64,000 nucleotides of DNA, from assembly GCF_001194135.2 (NCBI RefSeq), contig NC_068995.1:18074865-18138864 (forward strand), in the 5' to 3' direction. Positions 1-14,170 of this stretch are shown here, in pieces. The position numbers were made by a program, and so were the translations under genes. Numbering within the stretch: position 1 is the first letter of the stretch; the number at the start of each line of letters is the position of its first letter. The DNA comes from Octopus bimaculoides (Eukaryota). The notes beneath the pieces were generated by a model. The model worked only from the letters and a program-made list of their open reading frames with translations. It made no database searches and was not told where the DNA came from.

Positions 1-1
1 C

Positions 2-1050
2 AACGTAACGGCGGACAAAATACCGTTGGTAGAGTAACTTTTCCTTAGCAGCAATTACGCTTCTTTTTTTTCTTTAAAATGCAAATAGTTGTTTCCCAGC
101 AGCATCAATAAACCATCATAGTTTTTTTCAGTAAAGAGTGGTTAGGATGATGCCTCCATGATATCCATAGTATCCGCAGTTTATTTCTGGACATGATATT
201 TTTGACATAATAAATTGTACAGATTCATATAATTTAAAGAGCAAAGAGCATTGGATATACATTCCGTGGTGGGAGACTATCAACTTAGCTTCTTCATACG
301 AATCATCAGTGAATGAAGGACTTCATATATAGAAGAGATGACTCATCATCTATGTCTGTTGTCAGAATGGGTTGCAGAAGATAATGGACAGTTTTGTTAT
401 CAGAAGTTTGTGCATGTTTGACACTCGATTAGAAGGAGGGATGTGAGGAATTCTGCTGTTCTCCTAGAAGTATTTGAAAACATATAAGACACGAGTTTTA
501 TTTTGTTTCCCATAGTGGTATATTCTATCGGTATGTATATCGTCCAGAGAGGAAATGGCCGTCCCTGAAATTTCATCACATTTCTCATGTGATTAAGAGA
601 TAGCGATCGTTGCTGAAAATCATGTTAAATATTTTTTATTGGGTATCAAATGTGAATCCTTCACCTTCACTTTCTAGGAATAATGTGAGCAGGAAGCGGT
701 TCATTGGGACAATTGAAAGTCATTGGAAATGAAAGCCACCAGAATGAGAACGAATTAAAAAATCTGAAAACGATCCATATTCATAATAGATTATCACACA
801 CATATTTGGCAACAAATCAGGAATCAACTAATTCTATGAAGGAAACGAATCTGACACTCTCCCATTTTCAGCTATTCAGTTAAAAAATATGCAGATGAGA
901 AGAGAATACGAAGAGATTGTTGGAACAATTTAAGCATATTTTAAAGTCTTAAACTTTATGGTACCTAAAACGCATTCATTTAAATCATTGTGTATTTTTA
1001 TTAACAGGTATGTCGACAATTTGCCTGTGCGTTTCACCTCAAAGCATCTG
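2..1050 (+). pseudogene. Possible highly degraded piggyBac-like transposase relic (strand uncertain)
   Basis: Plus-strand fragments in piggyBac order: NVTAD..IPLVE (2-35; cf. RNxTxDNxFTSIPL), RKWP (~551), VSRKRFI (~685; cf. SRKKF), CRQFACAFH (~1010; Cys-rich tail). The minus strand also gives piggyBac-like hints (MDRFQ ~775, MKFQGR..YIP ~570). Many stops and frameshifts; matched by eye only. Confidence 0.25.
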
Positions 1051-1879
1051 AGAAAACCACAATAAAGAATGTTCCGAGATATCTCCTCATCCAGAATCAC
1101 AATTGTCTGATATCAGCTGCGACGTTTATTTCATTTTTCTTTTCTGCTAGAAGTAGTACACTTCCCTTCCTGCAAAACAACCATAGTCAACTTCAGCAGA
1201 AAATGGTTTCTACTTAATCTTTTGAACATCATGCGTCAAATCCTCGTATCGGCTTTTATTCCACACTTGAAAGATGCTAAATTTTTCTTCTTAAAATATA
1301 AGGTTAACAATAAAATATCTTTCAGAAATACACTTTGCCCTTTTTTCCACTACAGCACCATATCGCCAATATTACAGGTATGGAGTAGATCCAGATATTT
1401 ATTTCGAAGTGGTTTCGAAACTGTTAGCTCTTTAAATATTTCTCTAAACTGAATTCCATAGATGAAGAAACGGCTATTTTCTTGAGTGTAATTAAGGCCT
1501 GTCGATTCGTTGTATTAATGTAATTATTATTGCTTCGTCCGGCATGCTGATTCTCTACTCGCAATTGTTTGGAACATCATCAGTCGCTGGTTGTCAAAGA
1601 TGTTTCACTATAGCTTTGATTAAGTACTTCTTGGGTTCGGAACAGGTCGGTTGCAGAAATTCATAACTAATATTTGTAAATCATAAGCGCATATGTGTCC
1701 ACATAATTAATATATAATTTACTTTACGATGTGTAACAGTCGCTTCATTCACTTTGGAGAGATAAGTTATGTTAGAAAACGTTAAAAATACTATATATAT
1801 TTCGATATATTGATAAGATATATGAAATCCTGTTAAATGCTGTTATGAATATATATATCAATGCGTAGTTATATGTATG

Positions 1880-1917
1880 TAGGTAGATAGATAGATGGAT
1901 GGAGAGAGAGAGAGAGG

Positions 1918-1955
<38 letters not shown>

Positions 1956-2086
1956 AAAAGAGGCAAGTAGATAAAGATATGCGTGATTGCTCTTGGGTGT
2001 GTATGAATATATGTGCATCTATGTATGCATATATATAATTATATGCGTATATATGTGCATACTCCGGTGAGTGTCTCTCTCCCCTC

Positions 2087-2157
<71 letters not shown>
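1880..2157. repeat. Compound microsatellites (TAGA/GA)n and (CT)n-(TA)n-(GT)n
   Basis: Directly visible. Confidence 0.95.
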
Positions 2158-2158
<1 letters not shown>

Positions 2159-2399
2159 CAGAACGCATATTTAGTATCAGCTTCTTTCTGCGTTTTGATA
2201 TACTTCGTGTATTAGTTTTGTTCTCTTCATCCATTTTTATCCGTTTCCTCTTTATTTTTTCTTTCCCTTCCTCTCGTTCTACAGATACACCTACGCACAC
2301 AGACACACATATAGCACTTACTCAGTTCCTCTTCCCCAATGTATTTTCTCTCATTTACCTCTCAAATAAATCTACATTTACAGTGAATGGCATGGATAA

Positions 2400-2402
2400 A
2401 CG

Positions 2403-2446
<44 letters not shown>

Positions 2447-2640
2447 TGTATATGCATATATATGCATATATATATATATATGTATATAAGTGTAAACTCA
2501 TATACGTATATTCATATATTGACTAAAATATACGTATGCCTGTGTATGCGTTTGTGTACGGATATACATATATTAACTTGCAAATATATATGTTTGTGCG
2601 TATGTATATGCATATAAAGTACATATATGCACGTGTATAT
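2400..2640. repeat. (TA)n and decayed TA/TG microsatellite
   Basis: Directly visible. Confidence 0.9.
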
Positions 2641-3084
2641 TAAAATGGAACAAGTCCAAAATTTTAGACTAACTCACTAAATACAAGACATCACTAATAT
2701 TGCATACAAAATTGACAAGAAAAGAGAAATACTATTTATTACAAATGCAATATATCTTGTAAAAAATCTCGGAGTATTGCCAATCGCCCATACAACGAAA
2801 ATGTTGTCTGCGATGTTGGTTACAAATTATGGGGTCTCTAGTTTGCAATAAGCTACCACTATTTCCTGAGGCTTTAAGCTGGAAACAATGAAACGACTTT
2901 AGTTCGTGTACTAGTAACGTAAGATGGTATCGAAGTCCCTGACTTTGGTCAATTTGTTATTAAAAAGCGACCGTTTCTTTGCCAGTGGCGTGTCGTTTCC
3001 AGTGGACAGAACAAAAGACTGTTATTTAGCCGCACAAATACGAATAAAGGTGTTGCCAAATTTTTCTCTGAAAATGAAGTAAGT

Positions 3085-3186
3085 ATGTATATATACATAT
3101 ATAAATAATATTTGTGTGCGTGAGTTTCTACGCACGAGTTTGTATACAAACAAAAGCATATGCGTTTGTCTATATGTATATGCGCA

Positions 3187-3241
<55 letters not shown>

Positions 3242-3460
3242 TAGTATATTACGTACATATATGCATACATACTTATGTGTATATGTATATGCATATCTAT
3301 ATATGTATGTATGTGTGTATGTATATATATATATATATATGTGTGTCTGCGCATAGACATATATACATATATATGTGTGAGTGTGTGTATACAAACATAC
3401 ACACAAACATACGCACGCATTCACACATACCGGTACACACGCACACACATATTCTTAGAT
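3085..3460. repeat. (TA)n plus decayed TG/CA microsatellite field
   Basis: Directly visible; explains the YIYI/HTHT ORFs. Confidence 0.9.
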
Positions 3461-3835
3461 GTTTACATATTTATTTATGGAAAATATTGCCTCAAGGAGG
3501 TTTTGATCCATTTTGGAATCAAATATCAGCGTTTTATTCGTTTCCTTTTCATGTAATGTAAATATTCGTTATGTTTGACTATTATATACAAATATGCTTT
3601 ATGGTATAGTATATATTTCCCAAATTCGGTCATAAATGCTCACTCAACACCAGACATAGTCCTACGTACACATGTACGCACGCACAGACATACATACACA
3701 CACATAAATATATTCAGATATGGTGTCTTTGCATACATTTTTCCTCTTTTGATGTCTGTTTGATTGTGTATGTCTCGATCACATTCGAATAAATACTCAC
3801 CGACGCATGGCAAGTATTTATTCGAACGTGAATAC

Positions 3836-3843
3836 AGAGAGAT

Positions 3844-3910
<67 letters not shown>

Positions 3911-4165
3911 NNNNNNNNNNNNNNNNNNNNNNNNNNNNNNNNNNNNNNNNNNNNNNNNNNNNNNNNNNNNNNNNNNNNNNNNNNNNNNNNNNNNNNNNNN
4001 NNNNNNNNNNNNNNNNNNNNNNNNNNNNNNNNNNNNNNNNNNNNNNNNNNNNNNNNNNNNNNNNNNNNNNNNNNNNNNNNNNNNNNNNNNNNNNNNNNNN
4101 NNNNNNNNNNNNNNNNNNNNNNNNNNNNNNNNNNNNATATGTGTGTGTGTGTGTGTGTGTGTGTA
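3836..4165. other. Assembly gap 3911-4136 flanked by (GA)n and (GT)n
   Basis: N run between microsatellites. Confidence 0.99.
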
Positions 4166-4329
4166 CACCCCCACCCTACACCCACACATATTAATGCATG
4201 TATTTTATGTTAAATTAAAATGAAAACATTTTCACATTAAACTGAAGGATTATTCTATACTCTTTGTTTAGTACAAAACCATAGTTGAACGGGAAGAGTA
4301 TTGAGAGTGATGTCGATTGTGCAAAATTT

Positions 4330-4720
4330 AAGTTAAATATTCCGGGAAGATGGCGTTGAATGATTATCAGGTTGCTGGGTAGGTTTTTGATGGAGAAGTG
4401 TTATGGAAACATGTTATTCATTAAGTTTGGGGTGTGCTATTTTTCATAATGCATTCATGGATGTAGAAATTCGTAATTAGGTGTGTCTACTTAGGTGTGT
4501 CCAATTCAGGTCATTGCGTTGATTCTTAATGGGGTCTCAAAACGTGTAACGACGTTTGCTCGTCAGATGGTGTATAATTAGATTTAGTTTTTGTTGGTTT
4601 TATTTGGATGCTACTACTCTTAGTTTGGGTGCGGAAAGCTGAAAGGTCAGAATTCAGTCCAGTGTTTAAAACTTTGTAATTAGATGCGTGCCAGTATATC
4701 TCTCTCATTTTCCTATGTAT
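4330..4720 (-). mobile_element. Degraded Penelope-like element, GIY-YIG endonuclease fragment
   Basis: Minus translation SAFRTQTKSSSI aligns with PSFKSQAKSSST of the clearer relic at 14921-15830. It is followed by LNLIIHHL (cf. LSKLIHKL) and LNE*HVSITLLHQ (cf. LNERSSIIFTCKHQ). Confidence 0.45.
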
Positions 4721-7700
4721 CTCAGTTTACTTTATACAGTCTATATTTTACTTACACAATAGGGTAGGTCGTAGTTTGAGTGTCTTACGATTATTTGATC
4801 TCTAGGAAATCAACCCGTCGTACAATCGTTTCATGATCATTAGACTGTAAAAGTTGGTTGTCAGGATCGCTAGATATTTGGCACTATTAGAATCCGATAC
4901 TTCGTGTGCTATTTCTGGTAGAGATTTTACACATACACATGGTCAATTACTCATGTTACACGAATTTATATTGACATACACAGTTTTACTCGAAACGTGT
5001 CTCTGTTAATTTTTATGACACAAATGAATTTACGTTCATTTGCATTAGAAGGACGAAAGCAAAAATAAATACGATGATATTATAATTGAGCCAAATTACA
5101 TAATCGCACAGTATGCTGTTTCTTCCATTAAATGCCCGCAGTAATGTTATTCAAATGATTAGATCTCATCTGAGCACAGGTGGTTATCCTTTTATTTTAG
5201 GAGGTGTAAAGGAAGTGATATCGATTATAATGCAAATTTACTTGAGCTCGTAATTAATATTTAAAAGGCATTAATTACAAAGTCTATAATCAGCCCACTC
5301 TAAGACAGGGCCTATACGTCGAGATAGAAATTTAATGATACACATTCTTGTAGATATAATTCAGAGGTAAATCTGTTATAGTATACAGAATACTGTCGCT
5401 TATGTTTCTTGAATAACGCCTACGTTATTTTTGTTTATATCTAGGAATATATAGAAATTATAATTGTCATATTTGGAAGAAGCAGGATATATTTAAAATT
5501 TAGTAAAGGGGAGAATAATTGTTTCTATGCTAATCGGTTTCTTCAGGGCATTGAATGTTGAAAAGACAAGGAAGGAGGTTATCTTTAAAATAAGTGCCTC
5601 AGCTAGATTCTTGAAACTCACGCAAGTCCGCTACAGTCTCCCACAGACCTGATATTCCTCTTACATCTTGCACCCTAGACACAAAACACATTGAGCAGAA
5701 AAAATAGCACAAAGTAGCATATGTGATCATCAATCAATACCAGCAATCCACAAACATGGATTGGTTAATTCTATTACCGACATAAAATGGATGAATATCA
5801 AAGTTTATCTCAGTAGCACTTGACATTTGCGCGCATAGATTGGAACAAACGCCACAAGTTGTTTTTGCTTTGCCCTCAAACAAATCAGCCATTTCCCAAA
5901 TCTAAATACAAAAAATTATAAATATTTAGAAATAATTGTATATTTGCGTGGATGAGTGGACACGACCATTGACTGAGGACATTAAACTGTCACAGTGCAG
6001 CATTAAAGAATAAATAGAGACGCTATAAATATATTAACTGTTGCTGAAGGTCTTTAGTTCCACATCAGTTCTAATTAAATAAAATGTAAAGATTTTAATT
6101 CGTGTCATGAACATCTACTTCTCAGATATCACCTCCTTGGACAACAGGTGCCAAGGTTAATTTTATCTAGTACCGTCCTTTTTGTAAGGTGATATTACGT
6201 GGTTTCAAGTAAGTGTGAGTTATTTCTAACTTCTCGAAAGTCGACGCTGCGTATCTTGTGATCAATCTTTCAGGTAATAGTGTCATTTAAAAGAGATATG
6301 GTTATTTTCAGCAGATTCCATCATCATATGGAGGCTTCTACGTTTGTCCCTATTCTATTGGTTTGTATAGGCGGCACTAAAAAATAATTTTCATCATAAA
6401 GACAAAATGGTATATCTATTCGTTTATTTGGTGAAACTTACAACAGCGATTTCTAGAATAATCCGCTTCTGTCAGTCGCTATGTGTATCTGCAATATAAC
6501 ACTATTCAGTACTTAATAAACGAAACAACACATACTTCTATTATGGATCAGTTATTATAATGTCTACGACCAATGCTCTCTAGATTATTTAAATTAATAG
6601 CTTTGTTAAATCATATGTAGCTGACTGAGGATTATATTGAGTGAATATAATTTGCGAGCTTTATGAAACATTATAGGAGCAAAATCGAAAGGCACTTTAG
6701 ATATTCTTAAATTTGAACATACACCGTTACAAGAAACAAATATAGACACTGTGGTGCTTGGTATTGCTCTTCTATACAATGCAATAAATCAATAATTTTT
6801 GCAAGTCTACTGTTTTTACTCTAGGCTAATAATCTTAATATCAAATTTGAAATACATTACTATAATATGAAATATATTGAAATGGTCTGATAGAGAAGAC
6901 GCATGCAGTGCGTATCTCTGCCATCTTCAAATAATCATATCATCGTGATATATTTGAAATCGTTTAATGTAAAATGTTTTTCAATTAAATATAATTTTAT
7001 GAAAATTTCATTTATTATCGAGTTTCTTATATATTCGAAGCAGAGCAGAGTTCACATGTTTACTAATTATAGTTCCGAATTAAGGTCGTTAAGATTTTAA
7101 AACAAATAGATTTATATTATCTTTCCTGAATCTAATGTATATAAATGGAGCTTATGTAGAGAAATACAGTTTTATGGGAATCATTGAAATGAATCTATGG
7201 GTAAAGATTTCCAAAGACGCTCATCAGTTCTAAATCTTATTTTCTTATGCCAAGCAAAATCTCAAGTTGTCAAAACAAAACAGTATATGAAATTGAAAAG
7301 ATTAAAAGAGAAACTTGGGATTGTTAATCATAGTTATGCGTAACAAAGCTATTCATGAATCTCTTACCTATGCTCATTTAGCAGTATGTATTATATTACA
7401 ATTTTTCATAATCTGCGACGCACTTCGATTGTATTTCGAGTGTGACAGAGCATCGCGATACAATGAGTGAGAAAGCAGAATGTATAACGTGTACATGTCC
7501 GATTTAAAAAAAATGCACCTTAGAAAGCCTTTAATAATTTCTCAAGTTACGAAACATTAAAATACCATGCGTGGTATTTAAAATGCTTTCAAGATTCATG
7601 CAAGGGGATCAGTATACCTCCGCTTAGAAAAGGAAGATCTATTTTTTGTTTTTTTGTATACAACTTATATAATAATCCCTTTTTGTGTACATATGCATCT

Positions 7701-9651
7701 AGATTCACCATCTATGTCCTACATGGTAACTACTTTTTCATATTACAATGTGATGTATTCCAAGTTTCCGCTGTGCAAAATGCCAACAAACTACACAGCA
7801 ATGACTATATTTTTCTCATGTTATAACACCATTTAAAACTTAGTCTATTATATTTCTTATCAAATAGCAGTCATCCAAATGAACTAAAAATAAAAACCTT
7901 TGCAAATGTAACAATTTAAATCATATTAATTTCTTAAAAACAATAATAAATAATATAATTAGCAAATCTCTTGGAAATAGATTCATTACTTTTCGTTATT
8001 TAATATCATTCCGAAAAAGTTAATAATAATTTAAAATTAAGAAATTGAAGTAATAAATGAGAAATTGAGAAAAAAAAAACAAATGAGAAAATTGCCAATA
8101 ACTACGCGCTAAAGTTTATAGCTATAATTGTATTATGATATTAATTGAAGTCGTACACTGGAAAATCGAGATTATATATTTTACAACAGGTTAAGACATT
8201 TCATTTCCTGACTTTTATTTTAGGAATTTTTTAACATTGATTGAATGAATTAATAGCCAAAGAATTAGTAATTGCATAACGAGTCGTGTCTATGCAAAAC
8301 CATGGTGCCATAAATGATCCTGAAGAGTTGATTTAAAAAAAAAAAATTGTCTAAAACTATTTAAATGTGAATTTTTCAAGCGACATTTGCAGACAAATGA
8401 TTAGTATCATAGACATGCATTTATGCATTTCGTGATCAGTGATAATGATATCATAATAGACGATATAGATGACCTACACAACATTTAAAACATTTTTCAT
8501 GTAAAAAAAAAAACGAAATGAAATTGGAAAAATATCTTCTTAATATTAAGTGCTGGAAGGAATTATGTTTTAGAAAATTATTAGAAATATTAACACAGTT
8601 TGCCATTATATGATTTCCTCCCTTTATGACATTTTAACTTTTAAATCATAGTACTATATATCTCTAGAAGAGAAATTTGGCCATTTCTCTCTTATACAGT
8701 GTATAAGTTTATCCATTCATTAAATCTGTTCAACGACTCATATTCCTCGACTGTAGCAATGGCATATGCATCATTCCACCAATTTCATAGATATAATATA
8801 GCTACATGATTCTGATTCTCTTTTAATTGATATGATTCATATATTGTAGGTTTAATATAATCCCCGCTAGATTCTATTTAATTTTATATGATTTACATGC
8901 AAAATGTAAAAAAAAATTATATTGTAAACTTACGAGATATACATAATTTACGTAAATGTATTTGCTATAGATTTTATTTTTACTTTAGAGGAATAAGAGA
9001 TGCATTTTAAATTTGCTGTATGTTGTAAATATAGATTCTACTTAATTGTACCAAGATATGAATAACGAACTGCATTATAAAATGCATGAAAAACTTTATA
9101 TCATATGACATGTCAGGTGAGAGGCATTAGAAACTTAATCTCTATAAAATATTGTGGGCGTTTAACATAACGTGAGATATCATCTAGTAATAACGGAACA
9201 AACTTATGACGTAATATTATTTTACAATTGAAGAAAACCGCACAATTCGTTCCTATCTCTTATTGTAAAACATATATCTCACAGAAACACAATTCTTACA
9301 CAAAGAGTTTCAAGATATTAGTACAGAATATAATATATATATTTTAGTTATAAATATTAAGTTAAACACGCAGACAACTCACATACAAATAGGATTGCGT
9401 ACAAGTAATGATTTATTTTGTTGAACAAAATTAGTGCCCTCATTACAAATCAGAGTAAAATATTTATGATTAGAATATACCCCTTCTTTTATGATACAAC
9501 GGAAATGTTCAGTTTTAGATTCTTTGAAACACTATTTAAGTATGAAAATAAAGCTCTTCTAAAAGTATATTGTTTCGTTAAAATGTGGTGTTAGAAATAA
9601 TTATCATTAAGTAAAACACTGTATGCAACATATGCAAATATTGTTTTCTAA

Positions 9652-9816
9652 TTTTGGCACAAGGCCAATAATTTGAGTGTAGGTGATAAGTCGATTACAA
9701 CCATCCTGATTTTCCACTGCTATTTATATTATCAACCCCGAAGGATGAAAGGCAAAGTTGACGACCTCGACAGAATTTGAACTGAGAACGTAGTGACGGA
9801 CAAAATGCTTAGCAGG
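9652..9816 (-). mobile_element. SINE family B (~210 bp, tRNA-related), partial copy
   Basis: ggcacaaggcc...atcaaccccgaaggatgaaaggcaaagttgac...gaatttgaactgagaacgta matches the copies at 28128 and 33052. Confidence 0.75.
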
Positions 9817-11054
9817 ATATCATCTTGCTTGCTAACATATACAAATATTGATATGAATTTCAGTAACATTTCAAGAGTAATTAAAAGCAGAAAGGGTGAA
9901 CTACTTAGTAGAACATAGAAGATGAAAGTGTTTAAACGTACTATTACTAATAAAGAGTGTATTTTTTGAAATTGGGCGCAAAGAATATATTTGAAGAGCT
10001 TAAGTTCGTAAGGTATCAATAAAAATATTATAATGAATTATTGGTGCTGTTCATTAATCCTGAGTTATGAATAAAGACCCTGAGGATAAACCTTGTAAAA
10101 GTAAATTATTGTTCAATCCCAACATGTACAAGAATCGTTCGGTGAAATATTGTAGCAGGCATAGTTGCGTAGGTAAGTAATGTAGTGATTCGGTAAGTAT
10201 TTCCACAATGACTTGTGTAGACGCGATCGTTATAATTGAAATTCGGAAGACAACACCTGTTGTAGTAAATCGAATCCAATGAACCGTACTTTTATTTAAC
10301 ATTTCCAGCCTTTATCACTCAGAAGAAAAAGCAGATTCTACCTGAGGATTAAGCTAAATCTACTTGGCTGTTGGATACGCAAGAATATCATGCATTGATT
10401 CAAACATCATTGATTCTATCAACAGGAGACACTATTTCACCAATATCATCTTGTCAAAATCACAACATTTCATGAGATATTCTGATCTTTCTTTCAGTTT
10501 GTATGTCGATTTCTTCAGTTTTGTGATGTTTGAGGCTGTTTTGGATTTACAAATCATGAATATTTTCGACTGTGTTTGCATGTACTTTAGTACATGTATA
10601 TGTTATTTTATAGCAAAATAAGAAGCATGAATATTTAGGTGGCAGCCTATATGTTGCTTATTTCAACACTAAATAGATGATATTGTAACGGTGTAGACAG
10701 GGTACAGATGATGGTCTCATATGTATAAATGTGAATCAGTCATATTAAGAAGAGTTTGATTTTCGATGTAAGGAAATATTAGCATAACATGAGGATAAAC
10801 CAAGGATTACGGCATATTACCAATATATGATTTCACACATATATTATTACACAAAAATCTTCATAAACGTATTCATGAATAAACAGATAGATACTTATGT
10901 AAATAAAGTACAGAAAACTAGGCAAAATTCTGGAGAGAGGTAGAAAGTTATGAAATTAAGCAGGTGAAGCTCGATATATATGTGTATATGTATCTCAAAC
11001 AACTTTCTGTTTAGAATTCTGACGACATGAGTTTTCCGAGTCATTACATGTATG

Positions 11055-11159
11055 TATGTATATATCTATCCTTCTATCTATCTATCTATATATGAACATA
11101 AATACATACCCACACACACACCTACACACACACGCACACACACACACACACACACACAT

Positions 11160-11194
<35 letters not shown>

Positions 11195-12340
11195 CACACA
11201 TATATATGTATAATATATTTGTGTGTGTGTATGTATATATGTATACGTCTGTTTATAAATGCGTACTTTCATACATACATGAATACATACATAAATGCAT
11301 ACATATACATACATTCAGTAGAAATACTTATCAAAATAAATAGATACAACGATAGACAGATATTGAGATACAGGCATACATATAAACGTAATTCCTCTTT
11401 TGTATAATATTTATAACAGGTTGGCTTACTTTAACTCTCTTACACTTGTTTTATTCAGATGAAAGTGACAGATTGATCTCTTATACGTAGTGTAGGATCT
11501 TCATCATAGTTTATTCTTTCATAATCTGTATACTTCGGAGACTTGTTTCAACTATTCTGTTATTCATGCATAGATAGCAATCCATTTGTATATCTCTATT
11601 AGATCTATAGCGAACTAATCCCAACTGATGTATATATGTATAAAGCATGGCTGCACCTATCACACTTAGTTTCTCCCAGTACACATCTATACATTAGCAG
11701 TGATGATATACTGGTACTACCTCACCACTTCCCTGCTAACCTCCTCTTTGTATCTTCATATATATATATATAACATATACATAAATATATATACATACAT
11801 ATATACATGTGTGTGTGTGTGTGCGTGTGTGTGCATACAAAGACGCAGACGCACATATACACAAACAGACACATACGCATATAAATCTACACAGAGAGAA
11901 AGAGAAATATGTAGATGTAGACGGATAGCGAAGAGAGATAGTGAGATAAAATGCAATGATTTCTGACTCTGACGTTACTATGAATACACACACATTCGCA
12001 CATATACACACGCACACACACAGAGAGACAAACACACACATACACACACACACACACACACGCACAAACACACACACTCACATACACACACACAATTTAT
12101 TGTTTATATTTTTCTCCATACAAAGCTAACTCACCACCAAATACACAGACGGGCTATCTCTCAGACGTCACATACATACATATACACTTAGATATACATA
12201 TACAAAAAATTATGCATATATACTTAAAACTATGTAAACATATATTCCTCCCACGTCCTTTCCCCCTTGAATGTAGTTGTATGTGTGCACGTATGTATGT
12301 ATATATATATATATATATATATATACATACATACATAGCT
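11055..12340. repeat. Extended field of pure and decayed CA/TA/GT/GA microsatellites
   Basis: Directly visible (11100-11215, 11755-12095, 12290-12335). Confidence 0.9.
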
Positions 12341-13785
12341 CTGAGAGACTGAGAGGGCGCGAAGAACAGACAGATTATGTATATGTGCATGAAGCAACTT
12401 ATGTTAATATCTGTATTATATATCGCTGCCTTTGTTCTTATAATGCCTCTATACTGACCTATGCAATAATTTTAATCCATTTAAAATTTTGTTTTATATA
12501 TTTATCTTTAGAGAGTTCAACGCAAAATATTTTCTTTACGCCTCTTCTTTCCTTCCACCTTTGAGTATTAGATGACATGATGGCGCTATCAAAAACATTA
12601 ACAGATGCACACATGCAGAGTTACTTTGAAATACACTTGTGTATATCCACATGAATGCATGCTGTGATACCTTTATGTGTATATTTTTTGTGTATATTTC
12701 CATACACATACGATATTTATTTTCTCTGAATGTTTCTTTTTAAAGGTATGATTATCTATTCATAAGTGCATTGTTATATGTATTAATGTATGAATTATAT
12801 GCGCATCGGAGTTAAAGCTGAATGATATGAAAAGCTTGCCATGATATTACATATTTATGCGTTCGATCCTGATGCAGAGCACAATTTATTTAAGCATTTT
12901 ATCATCTATTACTTTGTGATCACTTCTTTTTGTAAATTAAGATCTCGAATGTGAGGAATCGTTTGCGATCTATATCTAATGTGAAGAATCATTAGCGTTT
13001 TAACAGCTGACCTTTACATGTTTTATCTCAGTCTGAGTAATTAAAAACCTCAGGCTTATCCATCACGTCGAACCATCTTCTCTCCTACTCACGGATCTCT
13101 GAGGAAAACGTAATTTCTTAACATTGTAGTCAGTATGGATACCAATAATCATGAGTTTAAAAAGCTTGCGAGAATCAGCTATGGATGGAAGAATCCTGAA
13201 ATCTGTGACCTGACCAGAATACTTCCAACACAATTGATGCCACAATTGGCACCAACACGTGTTTGATAGAAATTAATCGAACGATTGCTTATATTTACCG
13301 CCCAATATAACATGGATAAATTTAATCTCAGAACGATAAGAACTGCATGCGGGCAGAGAATCCTGTCTGGCAATCCTTGAAGATCTGTAAATGTATTGTA
13401 TATCTTATCGACTTTGTAATGATTAAAAGTAAAATTGATATAGCCGGTTTCAACTCAAAAAGAAGAAACGAGCGACTTTGTTGTAGTCTGTTTTTCTGTC
13501 TAAGCCATTAAAATGAATTCGTATCAAAATATATGATGCAAAATTATCAAAATATAAATATTTTAATGTATACTGTCAAGTTAATATAATGTACAAAGCT
13601 GGCGAAGTTGACAATGGGGCGTATATGTACTATTTTTGATTGTGCGGTGCTAGTAAATCCATGGAGTTATTAGTAGTCATTAGAAGTACCTTGATCAATT
13701 CGATCAACCATTGAAGGCCTTTCACTTAGGACTGTTCTTTCTTATTGCATCAACTATAACAATAGTACCATGGAATCGTATTTTA

Positions 13786-13818
<33 letters not shown>

Positions 13819-13819
13819 T

Positions 13820-14170
13820 GGCAGGTGTGGCTGTATTGTAACTAGCTTGCTCCCAACCATATGGTTCCGGGTTCAGTTCCACTGCGTGGTAGCTTGGGCA
13901 ACTTGTGAGTGGATTTGGCAGACAGAAACTGAAAGAAGTCCGTCGTACATATACATGTGTGTATGTGTGTGTGTGTGTTTGTCCCCCACCATCGCTTAAC
14001 AACCAATGTTGGTGTGTTTATATCCCTGTAACTTAGTGATTCGGCAAAATAGACCGATAGTATAAGTACTAAGCTTACAAACATTAATTCCTGGGTCAAT
14101 TTGGACGAGTAAATGCGGTGGTCCACCATGGACGCACTAAAATGACTGAAACCAGTAAAAGAACAAAGGA
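13820..14170 (+). mobile_element. SINE family C (tRNA-derived head, internal (TG)n, AAAAG-type tail)
   Basis: tRNA-like head gcaggtgtggctgtattgtaactagcttgc...ggttccgggttcagttccactgcgtgg; internal tgtgtg tract; 3' end tgactgaaaccagtaaaagaac. Recalled as an abundant octopus SINE; family name not verified. Confidence 0.85.

Noticed and set aside
4520-4570. Minus-strand CTGACGA-g-caaacgt...acgttt-t-GAGAC hammerhead-like motif
   Set aside because: No stem I partner, broken core, and it lies inside the inferred GIY-YIG coding relic.
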